A stretch of DNA of 64,000 nucleotides from Candidatus Thiodiazotropha sp. (GTDB lineage Bacteria > Pseudomonadota > Gammaproteobacteria > Chromatiales > Chromatiaceae): contig JBNLFS010000057.1 in assembly GCA_050305635.1 (NCBI GenBank), positions 11,347 through 75,346 on the forward strand. Direction: 5' to 3'. Each line of letters begins with the position of its first letter. Position 1 is the stretch's first letter. This document shows, piece by piece, positions 20,004-29,457 of this stretch. Below the pieces are notes generated by a model. It saw only the letters and a program-made list of their open reading frames with translations, was not told the origin of the DNA and made no database searches. A program made the position numbers and the translations under genes.

Positions 20004-21042
20004 CATCGAAACCCTCACCCTCGGCGCAAGCCCCGCGGAGATCCGTGAGATCAAGCCGGATATGGCGTTGCGCGACATGCGGCTGCACAGCAAGCGCGCT
20101 TTGCTCGAAACGCTCCTGCAGAAAGTGGATGGCACCCTGCTCGATGACGAATTGGGCGACCTGTTTGACAGGCAGATCAAGCGTCAGATCACCCGCACCC
20201 GGGTCAATGGGTGTGAAGTGCTGCTGCTGGAGGTCGAGCGATGGATTCTCAGCGACGGTGAAAAGGCTCGTGCGCTGGGTAATCTGGCATATAGTTTTTC
20301 CAAACAGGGAACCCTGCGATTCATCTCGCCGGAACTCGACGTACCCTGCCCTGCTGTAGGACGGTTGTTCGAAATCTGGCAGGAGCAGTTTCAGATCGAC
20401 GCAAAACTCATCCCCTGGTCCTATCTCGGATACCTGGAATCCGGGCAAACCACCCTCGAAGAGTTGCTGGGTATCAGCATAAGCAGTGGCCGCTCACCGG
20501 TAAAACCCGATCAACCGGATGCCTCCGAATACCGGGGCCCGGCGGACATAAAGACCGTACGGATTTTTCTTGCCTCATCAGCCGAGCTTCGCGAGGATCG
20601 AGATGCCTTTGATCTCTATTTTCGCCAGCAGAACGACCAGCTGCGAAAGCAGGGGCTCTATCTCGAAATCGTTCGCTGGGAAAATTTCCTCGACGCCATG
20701 TCGAGTACACGACTGCAGGATGAATACAACAAAGCCATTCTGAGTTGTGACATCTTTGTCAGCCTATTCATGACCAAGACCGGGAAATACACCGAGGAGG
20801 AATTCGACCTCGCTTTCAAAACCTTTCAAGCCACCGGTAAGCCTCAGGTCTACACCTACTTCAAGAAATCCACGGTTTCGACGAGCGCCAGTCACCGGGA
20901 CGATCTGTTGTCCCTATGGGATTTTCAAAAAAAGCTGGTTGAAAAACACCAGCATTTTTTCTCAGAGTATGACTCCATCGAAGGACTGAAGAGACAATTC
21001 AAGGATCAACTGGAAAAACTGCGCGCCGAGAACAGGCTATAA
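19993..21042 (+). CDS. Protein with C-terminal DUF4062/TIR-like domain
   Basis: RIFLASSAELREDR...VRWENFLDAMS.TRLQDEYNKAILSCDIFVSLFMTKTGKYTEEEFDLA...GKPQVYTYFK...YDSIEGLKRQFKDQL; overlaps the upstream gene by 11 nt. Confidence 0.7.
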   Translation: MGISIETLTLGASPAEIREIKPDMALRDMRLHSKRALLETLLQKVDGTLLDDELGDLFDRQIKRQITRTRVNGCEVLLLEVERWILSDGEKARALGNLAYSFSKQGTLRFISPELDVPCPAVGRLFEIWQEQFQIDAKLIPWSYLGYLESGQTTLEELLGISISSGRSPVKPDQPDASEYRGPADIKTVRIFLASSAELREDRDAFDLYFRQQNDQLRKQGLYLEIVRWENFLDAMSSTRLQDEYNKAILSCDIFVSLFMTKTGKYTEEEFDLAFKTFQATGKPQVYTYFKKSTVSTSASHRDDLLSLWDFQKKLVEKHQHFFSEYDSIEGLKRQFKDQLEKLRAENRL

Positions 21043-21056
21043 GTAGACAAACAATC

Positions 21057-21199
21057 AACAGGCTGTTGAAATTCGCTCAGATGAGTGCGAGACAAGGCGA
21101 AAACCGCCGAAACAGTACAGTTTACAGAAGTAAATGAGCATTTCGAGACAATGATTCAACCCAGAATCAAACCGTCTGAGTAGCCTTTAACAGCCTGTT
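21057..21199. mobile_element. MITE (non-autonomous IS-end element)
   Basis: Terminal inverted repeats aacaggctgttgaaa (21057-21071) and tttaacagcctgtt (21186-21199); internal caaggcgaaaac..cagtttac..gtaaatgagcattt; no ORF. Confidence 0.7.
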
Positions 21200-21307
21200 A
21201 AAGGGGAGTGGAGCGACGCCGATAGCACGCGAGCACCGACCCGGACACATGATTAAAACTATATGGCAGACGCTTGCATCCCGGCAGCCCTCGATATGAC
21301 CTACCGC

Positions 21308-23656
21308 TCAAAGCCGGTCTACCGCAATGATGCCAACCCCTGTTTCGCGAGCCGCACCGCGCAGATGTACCGTGTAGGTACCCGGCTGCAACTCCCTGAG
21401 AATCGCGGCCTCTTTCTCTTCTTCCGGCGCGATATCGAGTTCTGCGATTTCCAAGGCCCTGTCTCCGCTCCTCCAGTCGTTGTTTCGGGCGATCACTGTG
21501 TCGCCCGAATACAAAGTAATATTCGGATCCTCTAGCGCATCGTTGACCCCTTTGTTCCGCAATTGAGGACCCAAACCCCGAATAAGGACCTTGACGGGCG
21601 TGTCGCCCTCGACCACAAACCCGCCGATCGTGATGGCTTCACCCTCGTCGACGTGCGCTCGCCCTGAAATATTCACTTGTAGCGAATTCGCAGGCATTTG
21701 ATTATCCGCATCCACTCCTATGATACCCACACCCGTGTCCCCGGGTTTACCCTTGAGGTGAACGGTATAGACACCGGGATCAAGGCGCACTCGCAAGGCA
21801 GACTCATTGGGGTGGTCTAGCCCAATGCCCGCCGATTCGATTCGGTCGGCGTCCTGGGTGGATTGCCAATCGTCATTATGAGCGATTAACGTGCTTCCGG
21901 AGAAGAGATAGATATGGGGATCCTGAAGCGGCGATTGCACGCCCTTTTCTGCGAGACTCGGACCGATGCCCCGAAGAATCACAGTCTGGGGTGATGCACC
22001 TTCAATGATAAACCCACCTATGAGAATATCGGCTCCCTCTCCAACATAGGATCGTGTCGAGAAGTTGACGATCGAACCAGGACTTGAATCCAGATTCCAA
22101 TCAACGCCCGAGTTATAGACCGTATCAAGATCACCATCTTTATCAAAGTCAATAGCGAGAGAGTTGCCGTGTATTTGAGTTAAGTCGATCGCATCAGGGG
22201 ATAATGTTTGCGGCCCGGTAAAAACCAAAGGATCCTGCTGCTCGAAAAGAAGCACGGATTGGGGTTCCGTACTGTCCGGGTAATAAAACTGAAGGGCGAT
22301 ATCCAGCCTGTCATCTCCGTTGACATCTAAAAACTCGAGCCGCTCGGTTGCCCCATATCTGATTTCCGTACCTTGATAAAGCAAGCGCTGCTCAAAGAAG
22401 TTGAAATCCCGCTTTATAAGCAAAATCAATTTATATTCTTCATAGTCGCTTTGATAAACCACCAACATCTCTTGTTGGCCGTCGTTATCGAGATCCGCAA
22501 ACACCTCCTTGCTTCTGGAAATGGTATTTGCATTCGGGGCTCCGCAAAAGACAGGATCCGTCCAGTTTGGAAAGTTTGTAATTCTTACTGGCTCTTCATA
22601 CTGATTGGGTCGTTCATCGTCTCTTTCATAGAATAGGATTTGACCTTGAGCTTGAGTCGGGTGAACCAACAGATCCATATCCCCATCCATATCGAAATCC
22701 GTTACCCAGACAGCCTCCTGATTATCCAGCGGTACTGAGTGATAAGGATTGGAATACTGCGTGACGCTTTCCATGCTTGTTTGTTCAAAATAACTTAACC
22801 TACTGGACAATTGGCGCGCCATCAATACATCAAGATCACCATCATCATCGAAATCCAGGACCAATGGATAGTCATAACTCGTAACCGGATGATTTACGCC
22901 AGGAAGCGGTTGTCCTTGCACAGCATTAAAATATTCAACAAAGCCTGCCGGTAATGTCTCATAGTATTTTGCCAGAATTTCCGTAACATCATCACTCCTA
23001 CGCATGAATACAGACTCCTCAGGAGTACCTGTATTTTCATAGAATACGCCATCTCCTTCTCCATATTTCCAGCTGGAAGCAAAAACATCCAAATCACCGT
23101 CGCCATCCACATCAACGAATCTGGCATATGCGTCATCGCCCAAACTCACTGCTCCGTTAAACACATCCTCAGAAAGTATTTCGTTGTTATTATTGACATC
23201 GTATTCGTTTTCGAGAACTACCAGGGTATTGATGCCGTCATTGTTCAAATCGACCAGAGAAGCCGTCGCATACTGTGCAGAAGGATACCAGCCTTTATAC
23301 AATGATATATCGAATGCGACAGATGTATTTTGATAGATCAGGTCGTTCCATGTACTAGTTTGATCAAGCAATTTATTGAGCGGCCCAGCAATGATGTTTT
23401 GATACATTCCATCCTGATCGGACCTTGTCAAAAACTGTAGATATTGCTCTCCTCCTATTGACGTAACCGCAGGTCCCACTACGATCCTGTCAACCACGCT
23501 ATTTGGAATTGAGAACGCCTGTGTACTGGAGCGCCCCAAGGATATTGCAGCACTGTTCGATGAAAACGCACAAGCCCACAAAACACCCAAGGAACAAATT
23601 GCGTGTTTAACCTCTTGTGACAAACTGCTTTTATGTGTAGATATAATGCTCTTCAT
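21308..23656 (-). CDS. Secreted FG-GAP/VCBS-repeat protein with duplicated C-terminal NxSTR..GGF..RGIGPSL..NDDW domain (paralog 1)
   Basis: Probable signal peptide; 7 DxDxDGxxD-type motifs (DLNNDG, DVDGDGDLD, DFDDDGDLD, DFDMDGDMD, DLDNDG, DVNGDD, DFDKDGDLD); two tandem ~130-aa C-terminal modules. Confidence 0.8.
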   Translation of the reverse strand: MKSIISTHKSSLSQEVKHAICSLGVLWACAFSSNSAAISLGRSSTQAFSIPNSVVDRIVVGPAVTSIGGEQYLQFLTRSDQDGMYQNIIAGPLNKLLDQTSTWNDLIYQNTSVAFDISLYKGWYPSAQYATASLVDLNNDGINTLVVLENEYDVNNNNEILSEDVFNGAVSLGDDAYARFVDVDGDGDLDVFASSWKYGEGDGVFYENTGTPEESVFMRRSDDVTEILAKYYETLPAGFVEYFNAVQGQPLPGVNHPVTSYDYPLVLDFDDDGDLDVLMARQLSSRLSYFEQTSMESVTQYSNPYHSVPLDNQEAVWVTDFDMDGDMDLLVHPTQAQGQILFYERDDERPNQYEEPVRITNFPNWTDPVFCGAPNANTISRSKEVFADLDNDGQQEMLVVYQSDYEEYKLILLIKRDFNFFEQRLLYQGTEIRYGATERLEFLDVNGDDRLDIALQFYYPDSTEPQSVLLFEQQDPLVFTGPQTLSPDAIDLTQIHGNSLAIDFDKDGDLDTVYNSGVDWNLDSSPGSIVNFSTRSYVGEGADILIGGFIIEGASPQTVILRGIGPSLAEKGVQSPLQDPHIYLFSGSTLIAHNDDWQSTQDADRIESAGIGLDHPNESALRVRLDPGVYTVHLKGKPGDTGVGIIGVDADNQMPANSLQVNISGRAHVDEGEAITIGGFVVEGDTPVKVLIRGLGPQLRNKGVNDALEDPNITLYSGDTVIARNNDWRSGDRALEIAELDIAPEEEKEAAILRELQPGTYTVHLRGAARETGVGIIAVDRL

Positions 23657-23802
23657 GCGCTACCCGTTCTTCCGTTGTGCCTCCGATTACTGAATTCCGT
23701 GTATACAGCTCGTATCCACTACCCATACTCGATCACTGAAGCATCCATTATACATCGGGCGACCAATCACTTACGGTTGAATTAACCGGTCCTTTCGAGT
23801 TT

Positions 23803-26034
23803 TCAGAGCCTGTCGACCGCGATGATTCCAACCCCGGTATCACCCACTCTGCCACGTAGATGAACCGTATAGACGCCTGGTTCCAAGTCCGCGAGTAGAG
23901 CGGCTTCCTTGTCATGTTCGGGCGCAATGTCCAGTTTTGCGATCTCTGAGACCTGCGCACTGCGCTTCCAGTCGTTGTTGCTGGCAATGACCTTATTACC
24001 TGAAAACAGTGTGATGTTGGGGTCCTCCAGTGCATTGTTCACGCCTTTATCACGCAATTGGGGACCCAAGCCGCGAATAAGCACCTTCACTGGTGTATCG
24101 CCTTCAATGACAAACCCTCCGATCGCAATCTCTTCACCCTCAGCGACGAGCGCACGTCCGGAAATATTCACCTGGAGCGAGTTCGTGGGCATTTGATTGT
24201 CCGCATCCACACCGATGATACCCACACCTGTATCCCCCGATTTACCCTTGAGGTGAACGGTATAGACTCCGGGATCAAGACGTACCCGCAATGCGGACTC
24301 TTTGGGATGCTCCAATCCAATTCCCGCCGACTCGATCATATCTGCGCCCTTTGCGGTTTGCCAATCATCGTTATGGGCAATCAACGTATCCCCTGAGAAA
24401 AGATATAGCTGGGGATCTTCAAGCGGTGCGTTTACCCCTTTATTCGCAAGACTGGGGCCTATGCCCCGCAGAATCACCGTTTGAGGCGATTGACCCTGAA
24501 TAATGAAGCCCCCAATGAGGACATTGGAAGCCTCCCCGACATATGAGCGTGTGGAAAAGTTTGTAATGGCGCCTGGACTGGATTCCAAATTCCAGAAAAC
24601 ACCCTGGCTATTGACGGTATCAATATCGCCATCACCATCCATATCCACTTTGTAATCCTGGCCCTCTAATTCATCGAATGACGCCGCATCAAGCGCAAGT
24701 TCGATGGGGGCAGAAAATGTCATTCGGTAATATTGTTTAAACAGAAGTACCTGTTGTACCTCATGCGTATCGTCATCCGAAAACCGCAAAACCACATCAA
24801 CCATCCCATCACTATCGACATCCATTAATTTCGCGGTATAACGCCAACTCAGCACATCCCCCTCATAGATCGGCATTTGAATAAACGCATTATTTTCTTG
24901 CTTTAGCATCAGTGACAATCGATAGGTACGGTCACCCGTTGACTCAAAGGCCAGCATATCCTGATATCCATCGCCATTGACATCGGCAAATATGTCGCCA
25001 CTCGTCAATACAGCATCTCCATCAGGAAGTATTGGAAAATTCGTTATTGTAACTGGGCTTGCATACTGAATGGGATAGTTGTTAATTCTCTCGTAATACT
25101 GCATCTCTCCAGGCGCCGAATTAACCAGTAGATCCAGGTCTCCGTCCGTGTCGAAATCCGTTATCCAATAGGCATTGCTATCCTTGACCGGAAACGCGCC
25201 AAACGGCTCTGAATAGACGGGCATACCGTCATTATTTGACTGCTCATAATATCTCACTGCCCTGACCCTTTTACCCATCATCATAAGATCAAGATCTCCA
25301 TCCGAATCGAAATCATAAACCAATGGAAATTGGTACTCTGAGGGAAATGATTGGGAAAATTGCGAATTATAACTATTAACAAAACCCGCGGGCAGTGTTT
25401 GATAATATTGTTCAATAGCCTGTTCAACATGATCATGATCAGGAACGAAAAGTGGAACCTCTGGCGTTCCAGTATTCTCATAATATCGATGAATTTGATG
25501 TATCTTTCGATCGGACATAAACACATCGAGATCATCATCACCGTCAGCATCGACGAACATCATTGGGTCAGGTATTCCGTTCGGCACATCCCCGTTAAAA
25601 ATATCCTCAGTAATTCTCACGGGAGAACCGCTGATATCATATTCATCTACATAGTGAATCAGTGTATTCGTTCCATCATTATTAAGATCCACCAAATTAT
25701 CGCCAAAACAGATCTCATCGGATTCAATCAACTGACTCGATACAACCAACTCATCCCAGGGTATGGTTCTATCGAATAAGCGATCAATGGGTCCCGCGAT
25801 AATATTTTGGCAAACCACATCAGGATCCTTAACTTCACTAAATACGATAAACTGCAAATATTTTTTATTCTCGACTGTCGTTATCGACGGCCCCACCGTG
25901 ATGTTCTGAACAACCTCATCAGGAATCGCGAAGGCATGCGTGCCGGACCTCACGATTGGGTTTGCGGCGTTTACTTCAAAGCTGACCATGCAAGTCATGA
26001 GACCCAGGGCTTGACAAATTTTTCCAATCCTCAT
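23803..26034 (-). CDS. Secreted FG-GAP/VCBS-repeat protein (paralog 2)
   Basis: Signal peptide ending VNA-A; the same 7 Ca-binding-type motifs; C-terminal modules highly similar to paralog 1 (ESALRVRLDPGVYTVHLKGK, GVGIIAVDRL). Confidence 0.8.
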   Translation of the reverse strand: MRIGKICQALGLMTCMVSFEVNAANPIVRSGTHAFAIPDEVVQNITVGPSITTVENKKYLQFIVFSEVKDPDVVCQNIIAGPIDRLFDRTIPWDELVVSSQLIESDEICFGDNLVDLNNDGTNTLIHYVDEYDISGSPVRITEDIFNGDVPNGIPDPMMFVDADGDDDLDVFMSDRKIHQIHRYYENTGTPEVPLFVPDHDHVEQAIEQYYQTLPAGFVNSYNSQFSQSFPSEYQFPLVYDFDSDGDLDLMMMGKRVRAVRYYEQSNNDGMPVYSEPFGAFPVKDSNAYWITDFDTDGDLDLLVNSAPGEMQYYERINNYPIQYASPVTITNFPILPDGDAVLTSGDIFADVNGDGYQDMLAFESTGDRTYRLSLMLKQENNAFIQMPIYEGDVLSWRYTAKLMDVDSDGMVDVVLRFSDDDTHEVQQVLLFKQYYRMTFSAPIELALDAASFDELEGQDYKVDMDGDGDIDTVNSQGVFWNLESSPGAITNFSTRSYVGEASNVLIGGFIIQGQSPQTVILRGIGPSLANKGVNAPLEDPQLYLFSGDTLIAHNDDWQTAKGADMIESAGIGLEHPKESALRVRLDPGVYTVHLKGKSGDTGVGIIGVDADNQMPTNSLQVNISGRALVAEGEEIAIGGFVIEGDTPVKVLIRGLGPQLRDKGVNNALEDPNITLFSGNKVIASNNDWKRSAQVSEIAKLDIAPEHDKEAALLADLEPGVYTVHLRGRVGDTGVGIIAVDRL

Positions 26035-26080
26035 CGAGAGATCCTTACGCTTGGGTCAATATCGTTAAAATCGCACCGCA

Positions 26081-27040
26081 TTACACACTCAGCAATTTCT
26101 CGGAACGGTACAACGTAGCTTCACTCAATATTGGATGGAAGCGTTTGCGTACAAACCGGAGCATCTGGTCATTCTCGATCTTGACTTGAAATATGACGTT
26201 TTCAATCCGTGCAGCCGAGAGTCTTATAAAACCTTCGCCCAATAGCAGAATTGTCGCTCCGGATGCGCGATACTCCGGTTCAACAAATAGCGAGGAGTAT
26301 TCAATCAAATCGGACCGGATACGGACCGCCATCAGCCAACCGATCACCTTATCCCCCTTGCACAGACCTAAACTGAGTTTTTTATCAACTTCTTTGTCGC
26401 TGCTTTGAGGCACAAGTTCTCTTCGAAACGGCTCGTCATGGCGACAGCGTTTGAGCAATTCCGTGTACTGTTGATTTGAAATCGATGCCCAGGGAATCGC
26501 TTTAAGGCCGTATGGCTTGCGTCGATACTGGTCCCATTCCAGATCCCGCAGAGTATTTATCGCAACCTTGAAACGGTGCACCAGTGGTTGCTGTACGCTC
26601 CACCCATGCTTCTTCAGGATATGCGAGGCCACCGGATAGGATGCATTTTCGTCTCTCAGCTCAAGGGTGATTTTTTTGATGCCTTGACTTCGGAACCATC
26701 CATCCAGTCCCGTTAGCAGCTGTTGACCCAGACCATGTCCGGCGTATCCCGGCAAGACATACCAGGAAACTATTTTAGCTAAGCCGTGATGACGACTTAA
26801 AAATGCAACAATGAGGCCCTGGCAGGTCGCGTCTTGCTGCGCAACTGCCGTAAACCACTCCACATTCAGGCCCCGCTTGTTTAGATAGACGCTCGCACCC
26901 GGCAGCACCATCTTTGGAAACCGCTGGACAATATCGGGCAGGCTGGGTTGTTGGGTGATCTGAATTGATTCCTTATGAGCGTCCATGGTTTTCGTATTGG
27001 GCCATTCGTCCCTGGTCATTCCGTAGCCTGAATGAAGCAC
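26081..27040 (-). CDS. Two-domain GNAT family N-acetyltransferase
   Basis: WYVLPGYAGHGLGQQLL (motif A) and a second domain SLGLCKGDKVIGWL...YSSLFVEPEYRASG...VKIENDQMLRFV; start uncertain (27040, 27019 or 26986). Confidence 0.75.
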   Translation of the reverse strand: MLHSGYGMTRDEWPNTKTMDAHKESIQITQQPSLPDIVQRFPKMVLPGASVYLNKRGLNVEWFTAVAQQDATCQGLIVAFLSRHHGLAKIVSWYVLPGYAGHGLGQQLLTGLDGWFRSQGIKKITLELRDENASYPVASHILKKHGWSVQQPLVHRFKVAINTLRDLEWDQYRRKPYGLKAIPWASISNQQYTELLKRCRHDEPFRRELVPQSSDKEVDKKLSLGLCKGDKVIGWLMAVRIRSDLIEYSSLFVEPEYRASGATILLLGEGFIRLSAARIENVIFQVKIENDQMLRFVRKRFHPILSEATLYRSEKLLSV

Positions 27041-27156
27041 AGCGGAGTTCGAGGTCGATCGTTTCGCGATTGCTCACCCGAATTCCGCCGCGCCGCAACC
27101 AGATTAATGATAACAGACAGTGGAATCTATCCCTCGGCCTGAGTCTTCCTCATCCT

Positions 27157-28434
27157 TCATACTTGTGCTGCATTCAACGCCTGAGCAATATCGGCAATGA
27201 TGTCATCCACATGCTCGATACCGATTGACAATCGCACCATGTCGGCGCTGACTCCGGCGGTCGCCAACTCCTGCTCATTCAACTGACGATGGGTGGTGGT
27301 GGCCGGATGACAGGCCAGTGATTTGGCGTCGCCGATGTTGACCAGACGCAGGATCATCTGCAGGGCATCGATGAACCGGGCACCGGCTTCCGCACCGCCG
27401 TCGATACCAAAGCTGAGAATACCGGAGGCCTGTCCCTTGGTGATTTTCTGGCAGCGATCGAAATGGGGGCTCTCGGGCAAGCCCGCATAGTTGACCCACT
27501 TTACCTGGGGATGCTGCTTCAGGTATTCGGCCACCTTGAGGCTGTTCTCGCAGTGCCGTTCCATACGCAACCCCAGGGTCTCGAGGCCCTGCATGATCAG
27601 GAAGGCGCTGTGGGGCGAGAGGGCCGAACCGGTGTTGCGCAGGGGCACCACCCGGCAGCGTGCGATGTAGGCCGCCGGTCCCAATGCTTCGGTGTAAACC
27701 ACCCCGTGGTAGGAGGGATCCGGTTCGTTGAGCATGGAAAACCGTTCCTTGTTGGCCACCCAGTCGAATTTTCCCGAGTCGATGATGATGCCGCCGATGG
27801 TGGTGCCGTGACCGCCGATGTACTTGGTCAGGGAGTGGACGATGATGTCCGCCCCGTGCTCGAAGGCCCGGCACAGGTAGGGGGTGGCCACGGTGTTGTC
27901 GACGATCAGGGGCACCCCGTGCCGGTGGGCGATCTCCGCCAGCTTCTCCAGATCCACCACGTTGCCTGCCGGATTGCCGATGGATTCGCAGAATACGGCC
28001 CGGGTCCTGGCGTCGATCAGACTCTCGAGCTTCTCGTAGTCGTCGAATGAGGCCATGCGCACATCGATGCCCTGGCGCGGAAAGGTGTGGGCAAACAGGT
28101 TGTAGGTACCGCCGTAGAGCTGACTGGTACTGACGATGTTGTCCCCGCTCATGGTGATGCACTGAATCGCATAGGTGATCGCCGACATGCCGGAGGCCAC
28201 CGCCAGGGCGCCGATACCCCCCTCCATCTCCGCAAGGCGCTGCTCCAGCACCGCGGTGGTGGGATTCATAATGCGAGTGTAGATGTTGCCCGCCACCTTC
28301 AGATCGAACAGGTCCGCGCCATGCTGGGTGTCATCGAAGGTGTAGGAGGTGGTCTGGTAGATGGGGACCGCGGCCGCCTTGGTGGTGGGTTCGGATTGGT
28401 AGCCCGCATGCAGGGCCAGGGACTCAAGTTTCAT
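27157..28434 (-). CDS. metY: O-acetylhomoserine aminocarboxypropyltransferase/sulfhydrylase
   Basis: VPIYQTTSY, GNIYTRIMNPT, VDNTVATP, HSLTKYIGGHG (PLP Lys), LVNIGDAKSLACHPATTTHRQL. Confidence 0.93.
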   Translation of the reverse strand: MKLESLALHAGYQSEPTTKAAAVPIYQTTSYTFDDTQHGADLFDLKVAGNIYTRIMNPTTAVLEQRLAEMEGGIGALAVASGMSAITYAIQCITMSGDNIVSTSQLYGGTYNLFAHTFPRQGIDVRMASFDDYEKLESLIDARTRAVFCESIGNPAGNVVDLEKLAEIAHRHGVPLIVDNTVATPYLCRAFEHGADIIVHSLTKYIGGHGTTIGGIIIDSGKFDWVANKERFSMLNEPDPSYHGVVYTEALGPAAYIARCRVVPLRNTGSALSPHSAFLIMQGLETLGLRMERHCENSLKVAEYLKQHPQVKWVNYAGLPESPHFDRCQKITKGQASGILSFGIDGGAEAGARFIDALQMILRLVNIGDAKSLACHPATTTHRQLNEQELATAGVSADMVRLSIGIEHVDDIIADIAQALNAAQV

Positions 28435-28452
28435 GTTTTCCTCGCATCTTAC

Positions 28453-28576
28453 GTGTCGTGTCTCATACTAATACGCATTTATAGAGGCCCGCACGGATCC
28501 CAAGGCAAGGCGTGACGCGCAGGCAATGGCTTGGTGTCACGCTATAATCGCGTATTAGTACGAGACACGACACTAG
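28453..28576. mobile_element. MITE with ~32-bp terminal inverted repeats (IS630-like ends)
   Basis: gtgtcgtgtctcatactaatacgcatttatag (28453-28484) pairs with ctataatcgcgtattagtacgagacacgacac (28542-28573), followed by tag. Confidence 0.75.
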
Positions 28577-28865
28577 TTGTGGTTGTTATGTCCGGGTACC
28601 ATAAACGCCATTTAGCCGCCCATCAAGACACTGGATGACCGACCATTCCGATCCACGGGACACCCCCCCGACTCCCGGGACCGTCAAAGCCTAGCCGGCG
28701 CCGTCTGATTGATTGGCGTTTCCCACCGTTTGCGCCTTATCAATGCGTGTTTGCGGAAAATGCCCCATATTGAACCCCGCTCGTGAAATCACCTCTTACT
28801 CACGAGTTGTATCCACGCAAATGGCCGCTTATCCTTAATGCCATTGATTGAACTTCGGTCTATCC

Positions 28866-29447
28866 ATGCAAGAGTACGCCCTCATACTGATCAGCACCGT
28901 GCTGGTTAACAATTTCGTATTGGTCAAGTTTCTTGGCCTGTGCCCGTTTATGGGCGTCTCACGCAAGCTGGAAACCGCGACCGGAATGGGTCTTGCAACC
29001 ACCTTCGTCCTGACCCTCTCAGCCATCTGCTCCTATCTGATCAACGCGTATGTCCTGGTGCCCCTGGGCCTGGAATACCTGCGCACCATCGCCTTCATTC
29101 TGGTGATCGCCGTGGTGGTCCAGTTCACCGAAATGGTGATGCACAAGACCAGCCCGATGCTCTACCAGGTGCTGGGCATCTTTCTGCCCCTGATCACCAC
29201 CAACTGCGCGGTGCTCGGGGTGGCCCTGTTGAACACCCAGGAGCAGCACGGCTTCATCGAATCTGGCCTGTACGGCTTCGGCGCCGCGGCCGGATTCTCT
29301 TTGGTGCTGATCCTGTTTGCCGGGATTCGCGAACGGGTCGCGGTGGCGGATGTGCCCGAACCCCTGCAGGGCAACGCCATTGCTCTGATTACCGCCGGCT
29401 TGATGTCCCTGGCGTTCATGGGCTTTGCCGGCCTGGTCTCGGCATGA
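28866..29447 (+). CDS. rsxA: Rnf/Rsx electron transport complex subunit A
   Basis: [37 protein letters not shown]. Confidence 0.96.
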   Translation: MQEYALILISTVLVNNFVLVKFLGLCPFMGVSRKLETATGMGLATTFVLTLSAICSYLINAYVLVPLGLEYLRTIAFILVIAVVVQFTEMVMHKTSPMLYQVLGIFLPLITTNCAVLGVALLNTQEQHGFIESGLYGFGAAAGFSLVLILFAGIRERVAVADVPEPLQGNAIALITAGLMSLAFMGFAGLVSA

Positions 29448-29457
29448 AGGCCCCCGC

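Noticed and set aside
18663-27156. Prophage or integrative element
   Set aside because: No integrase, phage genes, tRNA or flanking direct repeats seen
28435-28850. SAM/SAH riboswitch or Met box upstream of metY
   Set aside because: No riboswitch core recognised; the visible structure is explained by the MITE
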